A model generated the notes under the pieces. That model was not told where the DNA came from. It did no database searches and saw only the letters and a program-made list of their open reading frames with translations. Positions 49,081-59,169 of a stretch of 64,000 nt of DNA are shown here, piece by piece; within the stretch, counting starts at the first letter, position 1, and each line of letters begins with the position of its first letter. Source of the DNA: Coprobacillus sp. CAG:826 (lineage in GTDB: Bacteria > Bacillota_I > Bacilli_A > RFN20 > CAG-826); assembly GCA_000437235.1 (NCBI GenBank), contig FR897047.1, positions 43,542-107,541 of the forward strand, in the 5' to 3' direction. The translations under genes were made by a program, and so were the position numbers.

Positions 49081-50681
49081 AAAATACCTCCTTCAAGCAA
49101 AGTAAGCGTAAAATAAGTAGTTTCTCCATCATTTGCGACGATTGAGCATGTTGGATATCTTTCTTTTATTTCTTTGATTATGCTTTCTGAAGCTCTGTCA
49201 CTTTCAATTAGAATTATTGCTTTTCCCTCTTTTTTTGAGACGTGTACCATAATTGCGGATGGTAAATCATATTCGTTTGCAACACATATTTCAAAGAAAT
49301 CATAAAGCCGACCCAGTGTTAATCCATCCATTTTACCTTTCATGTTAAAATCTAAAGAACATTCCACTCCCATGAGAGCAACATAACTTAAAGATTCTTT
49401 AATAGAAAATGCTAATTCTTCTACATCTAGTAAATCATTATCATTAGAAAGCATAATGAAATTACTCCGTCTTTTAATATAGGCTCCTAAAACACATGCA
49501 AACTCCATTTTCTTTCTATAATCATAATGATTCTTTTTAATCTCCAATAGTAATTTGCTCAATCTTATAAGTTCTTCTTTTATCACTCGTTCCACTTTTG
49601 TATAAAGTTTTTTTTGCTCATCTATTTGTGCTTTTTGAGCTTTCATCTCATTTTCAACTTCAATGAAATCATTTTCTTCCATAAGACGATCGTTGGTTTC
49701 TTGCAATGCTATATTTATTTCATTAATATGTGTCAAATCTTCGCTTCTAAAGACATAACCTCCGTGAATCTTTTTACCGCAAAGTCGCATATGATTGTTT
49801 ATTGTAATTGGGTCAGATATCGCTTTTTTTAAATCTTCTTTCTCCACAAGAAAAGATGATTTAGATGCATAAACAATATTCATTTTTTCATCAGTAATTA
49901 TGGCATAACACATCAATTGATAAAAATAATCCACATAATTCTCATTAGATGGAATTAAACCAATTGCAATACAACTTTCTATCGTTGCAATACAAGTGAA
50001 ACACAAAAGTTCTGGTATCTTAAAAGCAGAACTATTCATAATGAAACAAATGGTCGAAAAAAAGGCACAACAAAAGAATGTGCAAATGGGAATCCATGTT
50101 TTCTTTTTACATGCCGATACCCTACACTTCCAAACCATAATGACAATGCTAATTATCGTGATGATAATTTCCCACACAAGCGCCACATAAAAAACGAAAC
50201 GATGAGAATAAGAAAAATCTCCCTGATTAAAATAAAGAGCAAACGCCCATTCATGCAGGTCATTCGTATAAATCAAAGCAAGTAGAATAAAGGCTGGTAG
50301 AAAGATTAGCCACCTTAATTTTTTCAAAGGCTTTTCCTTTTTATTTTCAATGCTCAAACTCGTTAACAAGAGCGTTGGTGGAATCAAACACTGTGAAACA
50401 TAATAGGAATACCACATATATCGGTTTAAGGTTTCCGTGTTTTTTGTAAGGCCATATTTTATCATTCTTATAACAAGAAAGAATAAAATCAGCAGTGCTA
50501 CTATAAAAAAGTAGGCTCGTAAATCTTTTCGTACCATCCGATGAAGGAGAGAAACACCCCATGCGATAACAAGAGAAATTAAAATCACGTGCGCTAAAAG
50601 GGCGAATAAAGCATGCCAAAATTCAGGAAGTTTATCATCCATCATTTGAAAAAAGCCAGCAACCAAAAAAATAAAAGACAT
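49077..50681 (-). CDS. Polytopic (about 7 TM) membrane sensor with coiled-coil and a degenerate kinase/GHKL-like C-terminal domain
   Basis: N-terminal multi-TM region, then a coiled-coil (NDRLMEENDFIEVENEMKAQKAQIDEQKK) and a C-terminus (AIILIESD...) without an obvious phospho-His box. It overlaps the kinase gene by 4 nt. Confidence 0.55.
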   Translation of the reverse strand: MSFIFLVAGFFQMMDDKLPEFWHALFALLAHVILISLVIAWGVSLLHRMVRKDLRAYFFIVALLILFFLVIRMIKYGLTKNTETLNRYMWYSYYVSQCLIPPTLLLTSLSIENKKEKPLKKLRWLIFLPAFILLALIYTNDLHEWAFALYFNQGDFSYSHRFVFYVALVWEIIITIISIVIMVWKCRVSACKKKTWIPICTFFCCAFFSTICFIMNSSAFKIPELLCFTCIATIESCIAIGLIPSNENYVDYFYQLMCYAIITDEKMNIVYASKSSFLVEKEDLKKAISDPITINNHMRLCGKKIHGGYVFRSEDLTHINEINIALQETNDRLMEENDFIEVENEMKAQKAQIDEQKKLYTKVERVIKEELIRLSKLLLEIKKNHYDYRKKMEFACVLGAYIKRRSNFIMLSNDNDLLDVEELAFSIKESLSYVALMGVECSLDFNMKGKMDGLTLGRLYDFFEICVANEYDLPSAIMVHVSKKEGKAIILIESDRASESIIKEIKERYPTCSIVANDGETTYFTLTLLEGGIL

Positions 50682-50797
50682 ATGGCATAAATAATAATTT
50701 TTTTGTTTTGAATTGCCTTATGCATTCTTTTATTCTCCTTTATTTCTTTTTTAAAGTTTAACATGAATTCTCCTACTTTTCAATTTAGCCTCTTTCT

Positions 50798-51769
50798 TTA
50801 TATTAAAAGATTCATGATAAGGTTAATTATAATATCCATTTCTTCTGGCTTTGATTCTGCAGTCAAAATCGTAATAGCGACTAAAGTATCATTCGCAATC
50901 ACAATTTTTCCATTCTTAACTAACGCATGATTTCGATTTAAGAATTCCAAGAATATCGTAGCGGCAATTCTTTTACAACCATCAGCAAAAGGATGGTCCT
51001 TCACCAAAAAATATAATAAATGTGCTGCTTTTTCTTCTAAAGAAGGATAGACTTCTTGGTCAAATACATTTTGATATACTGCTGCTAAAATACCATTCAG
51101 TTTCCCCTCTTCTTTTTCTAGTCCAAATATGGTTGATGTATCTTTGAATTTCATAGAATCAATTAATGTCCTACAATCTTGATAAGTCAACTCATAAATG
51201 GTCTGGTTCCCTTTGGGTTTATTTAAACATTGATGATCATAATCATCTAATAAGTCTAGTGCATTTGTATACTCTTCAATTACACTTACTAATGCTTCTT
51301 GATCAATATTTAAAGACGAAGCCAGCATTCTACTTTGTGTTTCAATCGTCTTATTTAGTGCTAATAATCTTTTTTGATTAATCGAATAACCTTGAAGTAA
51401 ATATTCTTTTAGTATTCTATTTGCCCATTTTCTAAATAGTATACCTCTTTGAGATTTTACTCGATAGCCAACGGAAATAATCATATCAAGATTATAAATT
51501 TTTAATTTACGTCTAATTTTTCTTTTGCCTTCAAGTTGAACCTGTGCGCTTTCCGCACAAGTTGAATTATAATCTAATTCATTATCTTGATAAATATTGC
51601 TGATATGCCTTACTATTCTTGTTCTGTCGACATCAAATAACAAAGCCATTTCTTCTTGAGAAAGCCAAACTGTATCATTCTCCTTATCCGTTCTAACTTC
51701 TAACTCAAAATCATTGTCGACAAACTTTACTAAATCAAATTTCTTTTCCATAAATATTCCTCCATTCAT
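50798..51769 (-). CDS. RhuM-family protein with a C-terminal Fic/Doc-like motif
   Basis: RhuM-like N-terminus (FELEVRTDKENDTVWLSQEEMALLFDVDRTRIVRHI) and the C-terminal motif HPFADGCKR (Fic/Doc HxFxDGxKR). Confidence 0.7.
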   Translation of the reverse strand: MNGGIFMEKKFDLVKFVDNDFELEVRTDKENDTVWLSQEEMALLFDVDRTRIVRHISNIYQDNELDYNSTCAESAQVQLEGKRKIRRKLKIYNLDMIISVGYRVKSQRGILFRKWANRILKEYLLQGYSINQKRLLALNKTIETQSRMLASSLNIDQEALVSVIEEYTNALDLLDDYDHQCLNKPKGNQTIYELTYQDCRTLIDSMKFKDTSTIFGLEKEEGKLNGILAAVYQNVFDQEVYPSLEEKAAHLLYFLVKDHPFADGCKRIAATIFLEFLNRNHALVKNGKIVIANDTLVAITILTAESKPEEMDIIINLIMNLLI

Positions 51770-51889
51770 CTTTAACCTACTATTAGTAATTCTTTAAATT
51801 TTCGGTTTTTAAGATATTAGACTAAATGTAATTTACTTTTTAGGTTTATAAAGAAAAAAATTAATAAAAAAGTAATTTAATTTTTTATA

Positions 51890-52369
51890 TTATCCATAAA
51901 TTTTCATTCCATCTTTTAATATTTCATGTACAAGATCAAAATTATTATTTAATTGTGCACTATCAAGAAGATCAACTTTCTTCTTTAATTGTTCTCTTAA
52001 TATTTCTACAAGCTCAAAGTATTTCAATCCCGTAATAGAGGTAGAAATTAACAAATCAACATCACTATGTTCTGTCGCCTTATTTTTTGCATAGGAGCCA
52101 AATAAATAGCAATACTCAATCTCGTAATTTTCAAATACTTTTTTGCAAATTTCTTTAATTTGCTGAATGGTTAAAATTCCATGCTCTTCATCTAATCGAT
52201 TATATTCGTTTAGCATTTGAACCATATATTCATATTTGATTCTATCTATTTTTCTTTCATTTGCCTCATAGCGGCAATATGTGCGATGAGGAATTTTTAA
52301 ATATTTAGCACAAGCAATCTGTGTTAAACCTTTTTCTGTTCTTAATTCTCTTAGCGTCATTTTCGTCAC
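51890..52369 (-). CDS. XRE-type HTH fused to a minimal nucleotidyltransferase (MNT-like) domain
   Basis: HTH (MTLRELRTEKGLTQIACAKYLKIPHRTYCRYE) plus the NTase motif LFGSYAKNKATEHSDVDLL. Confidence 0.75.
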   Translation of the reverse strand: MTKMTLRELRTEKGLTQIACAKYLKIPHRTYCRYEANERKIDRIKYEYMVQMLNEYNRLDEEHGILTIQQIKEICKKVFENYEIEYCYLFGSYAKNKATEHSDVDLLISTSITGLKYFELVEILREQLKKKVDLLDSAQLNNNFDLVHEILKDGMKIYG

Positions 52370-52529
52370 CTCATAATTATATTATACATATTTGGCAATC
52401 GCTGTAAATACAGTTATTGCCATTTTGGCATATTGCCGAAAGAAGATATGCCATTATAACACTTTTCCTATAACGATCATCATAATAAAAAGGGCTTTGA
52501 TTACTCTCGGCCCTTTTTATTCAAACTGA

Positions 52530-55082
52530 TTATTTTATAAAAAATTCAATAACGCGAACTCCTTCACCTAATTCAGATGCGTACTGATAGCTTAGGGATA
52601 ATGCGCCATTTGTTTGAAAAGAAACGGATAATGGATGTTCTGGGTAATCAATTACACCCGAATAGGCATCTTTAGAAACTAATACAAGTGTAATCGAATA
52701 TTTCTCACCATTAATAATTATATCGAAAATATAACCTTCTTTTGTTTTGTTCACTACAACATTCGTGCAATGTAGTTCAACATCATCAATGCTAAATACT
52801 TGATCACCATAACTATAATGATCACTTTCTGTTTTAAGAGATAAAGTTTGGTCGTTACAAATAATTTTATCGCAAAATCCTATCTCTAAAAGATAATCTG
52901 CTCCAGATTGACAAACCTTCTTAAATTGCTCTAATGTTCCATCAAAATATAATTCTTCTAAATGATATTGATTTTCACTCATCGTGCTATAAAGGCTAAA
53001 GGAGGAAATTGTATTAGGTAAATGAACTTTCTTTAAAACATTTAAGTTAGGTAATTCTTCGTGCGTTAAGGAAGTGACTGCTTCCATTCTAAATGAAGTA
53101 ACTGTTTTACCTGAAATATGAGATGGAACATAAAGCTCACTTTCCATTCCTCGATAAGTAATGAGTTCTAAAGTACTAGTATTTCCATTTGAATCATAGG
53201 TAATGAATTCATAATCATCAAATAACTGATTTAATTCCGGTTGATCTTCAATTACAACTTCATAACCTTCTTGCTTTAACTTTGAGGCATCTTTAAAAAT
53301 CATTTCATTGACTTTTGTAGATATTTTAATATGCGCATTCATATCTCCTCTACGATAATCAAAATATTCTAATGTAGAAGGTAACTCAACTTCTACAGTT
53401 TTATCTTCATAATAATCAAATTGAATTTTATTTAAATCAAAACTTGTAACGCCTTCGTGCACCACAATTTTTTCTATATTATCACAGCGGATGCTTTCAA
53501 AATCGTTGCTATAAACATTGTTATAAATATCAATAACTTTAAGACCTGTAAAATCACCTTTAAGATAAGCATTTTCACGCGAAGAATGAAGCGTAATTTC
53601 TGATACAATTTCTTCACTATCAGAGATTTCTACGTATTCAAAATCGCCTTCTAAGACTAAATGTTTAATTGAATTGTTACCGCTAAAATAAATTCTTGTG
53701 TCATTGGTAACATGATGCACTTCTAAAAGTTCATAGTGATAGTTATAGGACATATTGTTTCCAACAAAATAGAAATATAGATTCCCTTCATCCGTTGCAT
53801 TTGGATAGTTATTGAATTTTAAAGTTTTAGCGCTAAGTATGGTCTTTGGACAAAATGTTTCAATTATTCTTCTTGGAAAAGAATTAAATTTCAATAAATC
53901 TAGTTCTGTCGTTTTTTTATTCATCACGTATAGAAGCGCTGTTTCATCATAACTTGTTAATAAAGGTCCCTCTACTTTAAATAATGTAGAACCTGGTTGA
54001 ACTTCAATTTTTTCTAAATAAAGAACGTCACTATCTTTTCGAACAATGATGCTTAAATTACGAACATCGGTTATTTGATTACTTTCATCTTTGATGCCAA
54101 TGATGGACTTAGGAATATAAAGTTCTTTTACGATAGTTTCTCCTTCTATAACAATATAAAAATCTTGGGTTAAATATTGGACGTTATTAGGTATCACTAC
54201 TCTTTCTTCACCCTTAGCAGCGTACATATAAGCAGCGCCACTATCTCTATCTATCATAATTCCTTTTGATTCAACGACTGTAACGCTGTCTGGGAACAAT
54301 CTTTTGATAATTTCATCAGCTTCTTGCTCTGTAACTACAAATTGTGAATCTCTTTTTAAAACTCTGAACTCTTCTTTATTAATGCTTTCAAAACGATTTT
54401 TGATTTTTTCACGGACTGCACTAGTAAGTGTTTCATCACTATAAATTCGATTACTTAAATTCGCATTTTGATAACGAACTTCACATGTTTCAACTGTTTT
54501 TGAATATTCAATAAAGGTTAAAGTATTATCACCATAGAAAGCCCATTCTGTATTTCCTGAATCACTAATTTCATACCCATTGAAACTATAATCATTTTCA
54601 TTATTATATGTAATATCAAAATACATATAATGCGTATCATGATCGTAGCTTACATCGTTCGGAATGTAAATGTAAGTTGATGTTTCGTTTCCACTATTGG
54701 TCACTTTCACATAGCCATCATTATTATAGAAAGTAATCAAATTATAGAAATTAGATTGCTTTCTATACTTTACTAAGCCTTCGCCAACAATGACTGGAAT
54801 ATACATGGATTGCTCAAATGCATTAGCAATATCAATTTTTCTTTCTTCATAATCTTCACTACTATTGAGCATAGCAATGATTTCATCTTGATTTTGAAAA
54901 GAACGCCTAACTCTTCTATCATTCTTTTTTGATTTTTGGTGATCCTCTTTTCTAATAAAATCATCAATGATTTGATTCATTTTGGTTGAAAATTCTTCAT
55001 ATTCTTCGTTTTTTACTCTACCACATGAAGATAGTAGCATCATAAATAAAGCGCTAAATATTATGGTTTTTTTAAATTTCAT
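52530..55082 (-). CDS. Very large surface lipoprotein (850 aa), function unknown
   Basis: Lipobox LLSSC. The long extracytoplasmic region is repetitive and rich in Asn/Tyr/Glu. Confidence 0.55.
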   Translation of the reverse strand: MKFKKTIIFSALFMMLLSSCGRVKNEEYEEFSTKMNQIIDDFIRKEDHQKSKKNDRRVRRSFQNQDEIIAMLNSSEDYEERKIDIANAFEQSMYIPVIVGEGLVKYRKQSNFYNLITFYNNDGYVKVTNSGNETSTYIYIPNDVSYDHDTHYMYFDITYNNENDYSFNGYEISDSGNTEWAFYGDNTLTFIEYSKTVETCEVRYQNANLSNRIYSDETLTSAVREKIKNRFESINKEEFRVLKRDSQFVVTEQEADEIIKRLFPDSVTVVESKGIMIDRDSGAAYMYAAKGEERVVIPNNVQYLTQDFYIVIEGETIVKELYIPKSIIGIKDESNQITDVRNLSIIVRKDSDVLYLEKIEVQPGSTLFKVEGPLLTSYDETALLYVMNKKTTELDLLKFNSFPRRIIETFCPKTILSAKTLKFNNYPNATDEGNLYFYFVGNNMSYNYHYELLEVHHVTNDTRIYFSGNNSIKHLVLEGDFEYVEISDSEEIVSEITLHSSRENAYLKGDFTGLKVIDIYNNVYSNDFESIRCDNIEKIVVHEGVTSFDLNKIQFDYYEDKTVEVELPSTLEYFDYRRGDMNAHIKISTKVNEMIFKDASKLKQEGYEVVIEDQPELNQLFDDYEFITYDSNGNTSTLELITYRGMESELYVPSHISGKTVTSFRMEAVTSLTHEELPNLNVLKKVHLPNTISSFSLYSTMSENQYHLEELYFDGTLEQFKKVCQSGADYLLEIGFCDKIICNDQTLSLKTESDHYSYGDQVFSIDDVELHCTNVVVNKTKEGYIFDIIINGEKYSITLVLVSKDAYSGVIDYPEHPLSVSFQTNGALSLSYQYASELGEGVRVIEFFIK

Positions 55083-55694
55083 AATGTTTCCCCCCTAAAA
55101 TTAACTTTTATGTTGATATTTATATTATACATGAATTGAAAGCTTTTTAATATAAGTTATGGTAAAAAGAGGGCGCACTTTGCGTCAATTTCAAAAAATC
55201 ACTTGCTATAAAAAAATATATTTCGCATTATACTATTTATTTTTTTACGGTAAACCGACTTTTTACGAAATGCGTGTATGACATTTAAAATAAAAATCGG
55301 TTTTTATTATTGTGCTTTTGTTTAAACAAATTTCGCATCTTATAGCAATAAGAATTATTGAACTTTTGCTCTAAATTTTCATTTCCAAAATTTATAATAA
55401 AATAAGCAGAAGTACGATAAATGAATATTAGACTGAATTTAAGTTGACAATTTTATTTTGAATCTTTAAATTTTTCTTATTTACTTCATTAAGTCTTCCA
55501 TTGTGCAACAAAGTGTTCTAGCAAGTTTATATGATGATATCATAGTTTTCATAAGGAATTGAAAAATTATCTATCAAATATTGTCTTCCAGCTTTCATAA
55601 TTTTATTTTTTAAAGTAAATACTCTATTTTTAAGTAATCTCGTTATCTAGTGTAGAATGTTGTATTGTGTCCTTGATAAATCAAGTCCGGTTAA

Positions 55695-55886
55695 TCAATT
55701 CGTATCTAGTTCATATTGATTTGCATAACCATCTTCTTCATCGACTACGCTCCATTCTTTTATAAGAACAATATCTTTTGTATAATAAAAACCAAGTCCA
55801 TAATCATTTTTAGAATTTACATATCCAAACTTTGGCTTTTCTATAATTTCACTAGATCCATGAAAGATAATTAGTCTTTTTTTCAT
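55695..55886 (-). pseudogene. N-terminal fragment of a DUF3990-like protein (gene remnant)
   Basis: 63 aa starting MKKRLIIFHGSSEIIEKPKF...GLGFYYT. This resembles the start of DUF3990 proteins, which are roughly three times longer. Confidence 0.4.
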
Positions 55887-56282
55887 ATAGCTTTCTCACC
55901 CTTTCTATATTATTTTTATGACACTGCGATGTCATAATTTCAATATAAAAACCTTGTCAACAATATTACCATAGCTAAATTGATTCATGATTAGATTCTG
56001 ATTTTTTAGTAAGATTTTATTTTAGATAGCCTTCATCATGAAGAAACTCTAATACTTTTGCTCCATGCATCATCATTACTATATCTTATAGTCTTACTTA
56101 CTATTAAAATTTATGTTAAATGGCGATTAACGGTAGTGTTTTTTACTTTTTTTATAAAACAATACCCTTAACAAGCATTTTATTATGCGGTATTCAATAT
56201 AATTTCTATTCCCGAATTTTGAATATTTTTATTATTTTGGTTGAAGTTCTTTACTAAAGCACTTTTTTATTTTTGACAACTT

Positions 56283-56326
56283 TGGCGAAATAAATCAATA
56301 ATATGGCGAAATATTTGGCGAAATAT
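56283..56326. repeat. Three copies of TGGCGAAATA within 44 bp
   Basis: Seen directly. The repeat shares ATGGCG with the 3' terminus of the neighbouring tRNA. Confidence 0.7.
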
Positions 56327-56431
56327 TTTTTAATGACTGTAGTATTTTTCTTAGGGTAAAATTAATAAGAATTAGACTCTCATAAAAATAAAAAAAGCTT
56401 GATAATTTATATCAAACTAATGCTTCAATAA

Positions 56432-56508
56432 TGGCGCGCCAAGTAGGAATCGAACCCACAACCCTCAGATTCGAAGTCTGATACTCTATCCAGTTGCGCT
56501 ATTGGCGC
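56432..56508 (-). tRNA. tRNA-Arg (anticodon TCG)
   Basis: The acceptor stem pairs GCGCCAA with TTGGCGC, then G and CCA. The anticodon loop is CTTCGAA. The T-loop is GTTCGATTC. Confidence 0.75.
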
Positions 56509-56537
56509 GTGTAGTTATATTATATACCTAAATGATA

Positions 56538-56575
56538 AAAGTTACGAATAAATCTAATAAAGTTGACGAATAATA
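56538..56575 (+). promoter_or_regulatory. Two 16-17-bp direct repeats (AAAGTTACGAATAAAT / AAAGTTGACGAATAAT) upstream of the ZIP transporter gene
   Basis: Seen directly. They contain TTACGA, which resembles Zur-box half-sites. A 10-bp palindrome TAACTAGTTA lies near the RBS. Confidence 0.4.
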
Positions 56576-56630
56576 AATAAAATGTTATAACTAGTTAGTT
56601 AAGGCTAACTGATGTGAAGGAGGAACTTTT

Positions 56631-57407
56631 ATGCAAGTATTTCTTGGAATTCTTATTCCATTTCTAGGAACTACATTAGGAGCAGCTTGCGTCTTTTTTA
56701 TGAAAAAAGAATTAAAAGACGGAGTTCAACGTGCTTTAATTGGTTTTGCCGCTGGTGTTATGGTCGCTGCTTCAATATGGAGTTTAATTATTCCTTCGAT
56801 AGAGCAATCTTCTAATATGGGAAAATGGTCTTTTATCCCTGCTTTTGTGGGCTTTTGGCTAGGCATTTTATTTCTTTTCTTATTAGATAAAATTACCCCA
56901 CACTTCCACACGCAAAGTAACACCGAAGAAGGTCCTAAAAAAGCCTGGAAGAAAACAACTAAAATGTTATTAGCGGTCACCATTCATAATATTCCTGAAG
57001 GTATGGCTGTAGGTGTAGTTTTAGCAGGTTTCTTATCGAAACAAAATAATATTACTTTTGCAGGTGCTTTAGCCTTATCGATTGGTATCGCGATTCAAAA
57101 CTTTCCTGAAGGTGCAATTATATCCATGCCGTTAGCGGGCGAAGGTATGCAAAAAGGGAAAGCCTTTTTAGGTGGTGTATTATCAGGTGTCGTTGAACCG
57201 ATTGCCGCTTTAATTACGCTTTTACTTTCTACATATATTGTACCTATTCTACCCTATTTATTAAGTTTTGCCGCTGGCGCTATGTTATATGTTGTGGTAG
57301 AAGAATTAATTCCCGAAACCGCTGCAGGATCACACTCTAATATTGGCACGATTTTCTTTGCTATCGGTTTTAGTTTAATGATGGTTCTTGATGTCGCTTT
57401 AGGGTAA
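56631..57407 (+). CDS. ZIP-family metal (zinc) transporter
   Basis: Eight TM helices with the HNxPEG and QNFPEG motifs typical of ZupT-like proteins. Confidence 0.85.
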   Translation: MQVFLGILIPFLGTTLGAACVFFMKKELKDGVQRALIGFAAGVMVAASIWSLIIPSIEQSSNMGKWSFIPAFVGFWLGILFLFLLDKITPHFHTQSNTEEGPKKAWKKTTKMLLAVTIHNIPEGMAVGVVLAGFLSKQNNITFAGALALSIGIAIQNFPEGAIISMPLAGEGMQKGKAFLGGVLSGVVEPIAALITLLLSTYIVPILPYLLSFAAGAMLYVVVEELIPETAAGSHSNIGTIFFAIGFSLMMVLDVALG

Positions 57408-57454
57408 AAATAAAACATCCATTCCAAGGGGAGGAGAACGGATGTTTTATCTTT

Positions 57455-58642
57455 TTATAGAGAATCTTTCAAAATTGTTAAGATATCCTCTTCATTTAAT
57501 GGTGCCCATGCTTCTTCTAAGCCTTCATTCACGGCAATGTGATGTGCCATTTCTTGTAAGCGAGATTCATCAATTCCCACTTCTTTTAAATGCATTGGAA
57601 TGTTGATGGATAAAAAGAAATCATAGGTTTTCTGTATCGCTAAATTAGCGATTTCATAAGGATCTAAGTTTTCATCAATATGGAAAATATGAGTTCCATA
57701 GCTAACGAAACGATGTAAGGTCTTATCATTTAAAATGTGTTTCATCCAACGTGGAGTGATAATTGCAAGTCCTTCACCATGGGTAATATCATAATAACCA
57801 CTTAAGGCATGTTCAATGCCATGGCATGGCCAACCTGAACCACTGTTACCTAAAGCAAGAATACCATTACAAGCTAAGGAACAATCCACCATTAATTCAC
57901 TTCTTGCTTGATAATCGTTAGGATTTTCTAATGCAAGTTTCACATTTTTCATCAAACTTAAAATTGTCGCTTCACACATTCCATCGGTTAAGATAGAAGT
58001 TTCTTCACAGAAATATTGTTCGATGACATGATTCATTGCATCAGCCGTTCCCGCTGCGGTTTGTTTTTTAGAAACACTGAAGGTATAGGTAGGGTCTAAA
58101 ATGGAAGCCACTGGGAATAAGAGTTCATCAATATAACCAATCTTATCGTTAGTTTCGGTTCTAGAAATCACACAACCGGCATCGTATTCAGAGCCCGTTG
58201 CGGCTAAGGTTAAAATATCCACTAATGGTAAAGCCTTTTTGGCTTTCACTTTATAACTAATTAAATCCCAAGGATCTCCTTCATATAAAGCACCCGCGCA
58301 AATCGCTTTTGAACAATCTAGCACACTACCGCCACCAACGGATAAGACTACGTTAATATGATGTTCTTTACATAAACGGACACCTTCTAAAACACTTGGA
58401 TCATATTTTGGATTGGGTTCAATGCCCGCTAATTCATAAATTTCAAAATCTTTAAGGAGTTCTTTTACTCGGTCATAAAGGCCGATTTTTTTAATACTAC
58501 CGCCACCATAAGTTAATAATACTTTATTACCTAATGGTTTTAAAACTTCGGGAAGATGAAGAATGGCATCTTTTCCAAAAATTAATTTAGTAGGAGTATG
58601 ATAAGTAAAATTTTTCATTTGATTTTCCTTCTTTCTTAACAA
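57455..58642 (-). CDS. Iron-containing alcohol dehydrogenase (butanol-dehydrogenase-like)
   Basis: GGGSVLD motif and a His cluster. Confidence 0.85.
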   Translation of the reverse strand: MLRKKENQMKNFTYHTPTKLIFGKDAILHLPEVLKPLGNKVLLTYGGGSIKKIGLYDRVKELLKDFEIYELAGIEPNPKYDPSVLEGVRLCKEHHINVVLSVGGGSVLDCSKAICAGALYEGDPWDLISYKVKAKKALPLVDILTLAATGSEYDAGCVISRTETNDKIGYIDELLFPVASILDPTYTFSVSKKQTAAGTADAMNHVIEQYFCEETSILTDGMCEATILSLMKNVKLALENPNDYQARSELMVDCSLACNGILALGNSGSGWPCHGIEHALSGYYDITHGEGLAIITPRWMKHILNDKTLHRFVSYGTHIFHIDENLDPYEIANLAIQKTYDFFLSINIPMHLKEVGIDESRLQEMAHHIAVNEGLEEAWAPLNEEDILTILKDSL

Positions 58643-59169
58643 TGTTTGCCCATTTCATAGGCTTCATTTAAGTAATTGGTTTGGCGAATATCGCCTTTTT
58701 TCTCTACTCCGCCAGCAATAATTACACCCTTTTCCTGGCATTCTTCTAAGCAGTCTCTAGAGAAACCACGAATGGCTTCTATGGTCGAAACCAAATTAGT
58801 TGTTTGATCATCCCACGCTGTGACCATAATATAGATATCGGCGCGGACTTCTGTATAATTTTGCACCATGCGGTCAATGAAGACTTTCAGTTGTCCGTTC
58901 ATGGAATAAAAATAAACAGGAGAAGCTAAAACAATGACTTGTGCTTCTTTCATCTTTTGCGCTAAAGCATTCATATCATCATTTTTAAAGCAATGTCCTA
59001 ATTTTGCACAAGCATAGCAACCTTCACAGTATTGAATATTTTTTTCGGATAAGCGAACATATTCAACTTCATTTCCTGCTTCTAATGCGCCTTTTTGAAA
59101 GGCTTGACAAAGGAGATCAGAATTTCCATCTTTTCTTGGCGATGCACTGATAATTAAAACTTTTTTCAT
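58636..59169 (-). CDS. Flavodoxin-like FMN reductase / iron-sulfur flavoprotein
   Basis: SASPRKDGNS flavodoxin-like nucleotide loop and a CEGCYAC Cys cluster. Confidence 0.7.
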   Translation of the reverse strand: MKKVLIISASPRKDGNSDLLCQAFQKGALEAGNEVEYVRLSEKNIQYCEGCYACAKLGHCFKNDDMNALAQKMKEAQVIVLASPVYFYSMNGQLKVFIDRMVQNYTEVRADIYIMVTAWDDQTTNLVSTIEAIRGFSRDCLEECQEKGVIIAGGVEKKGDIRQTNYLNEAYEMGKHC

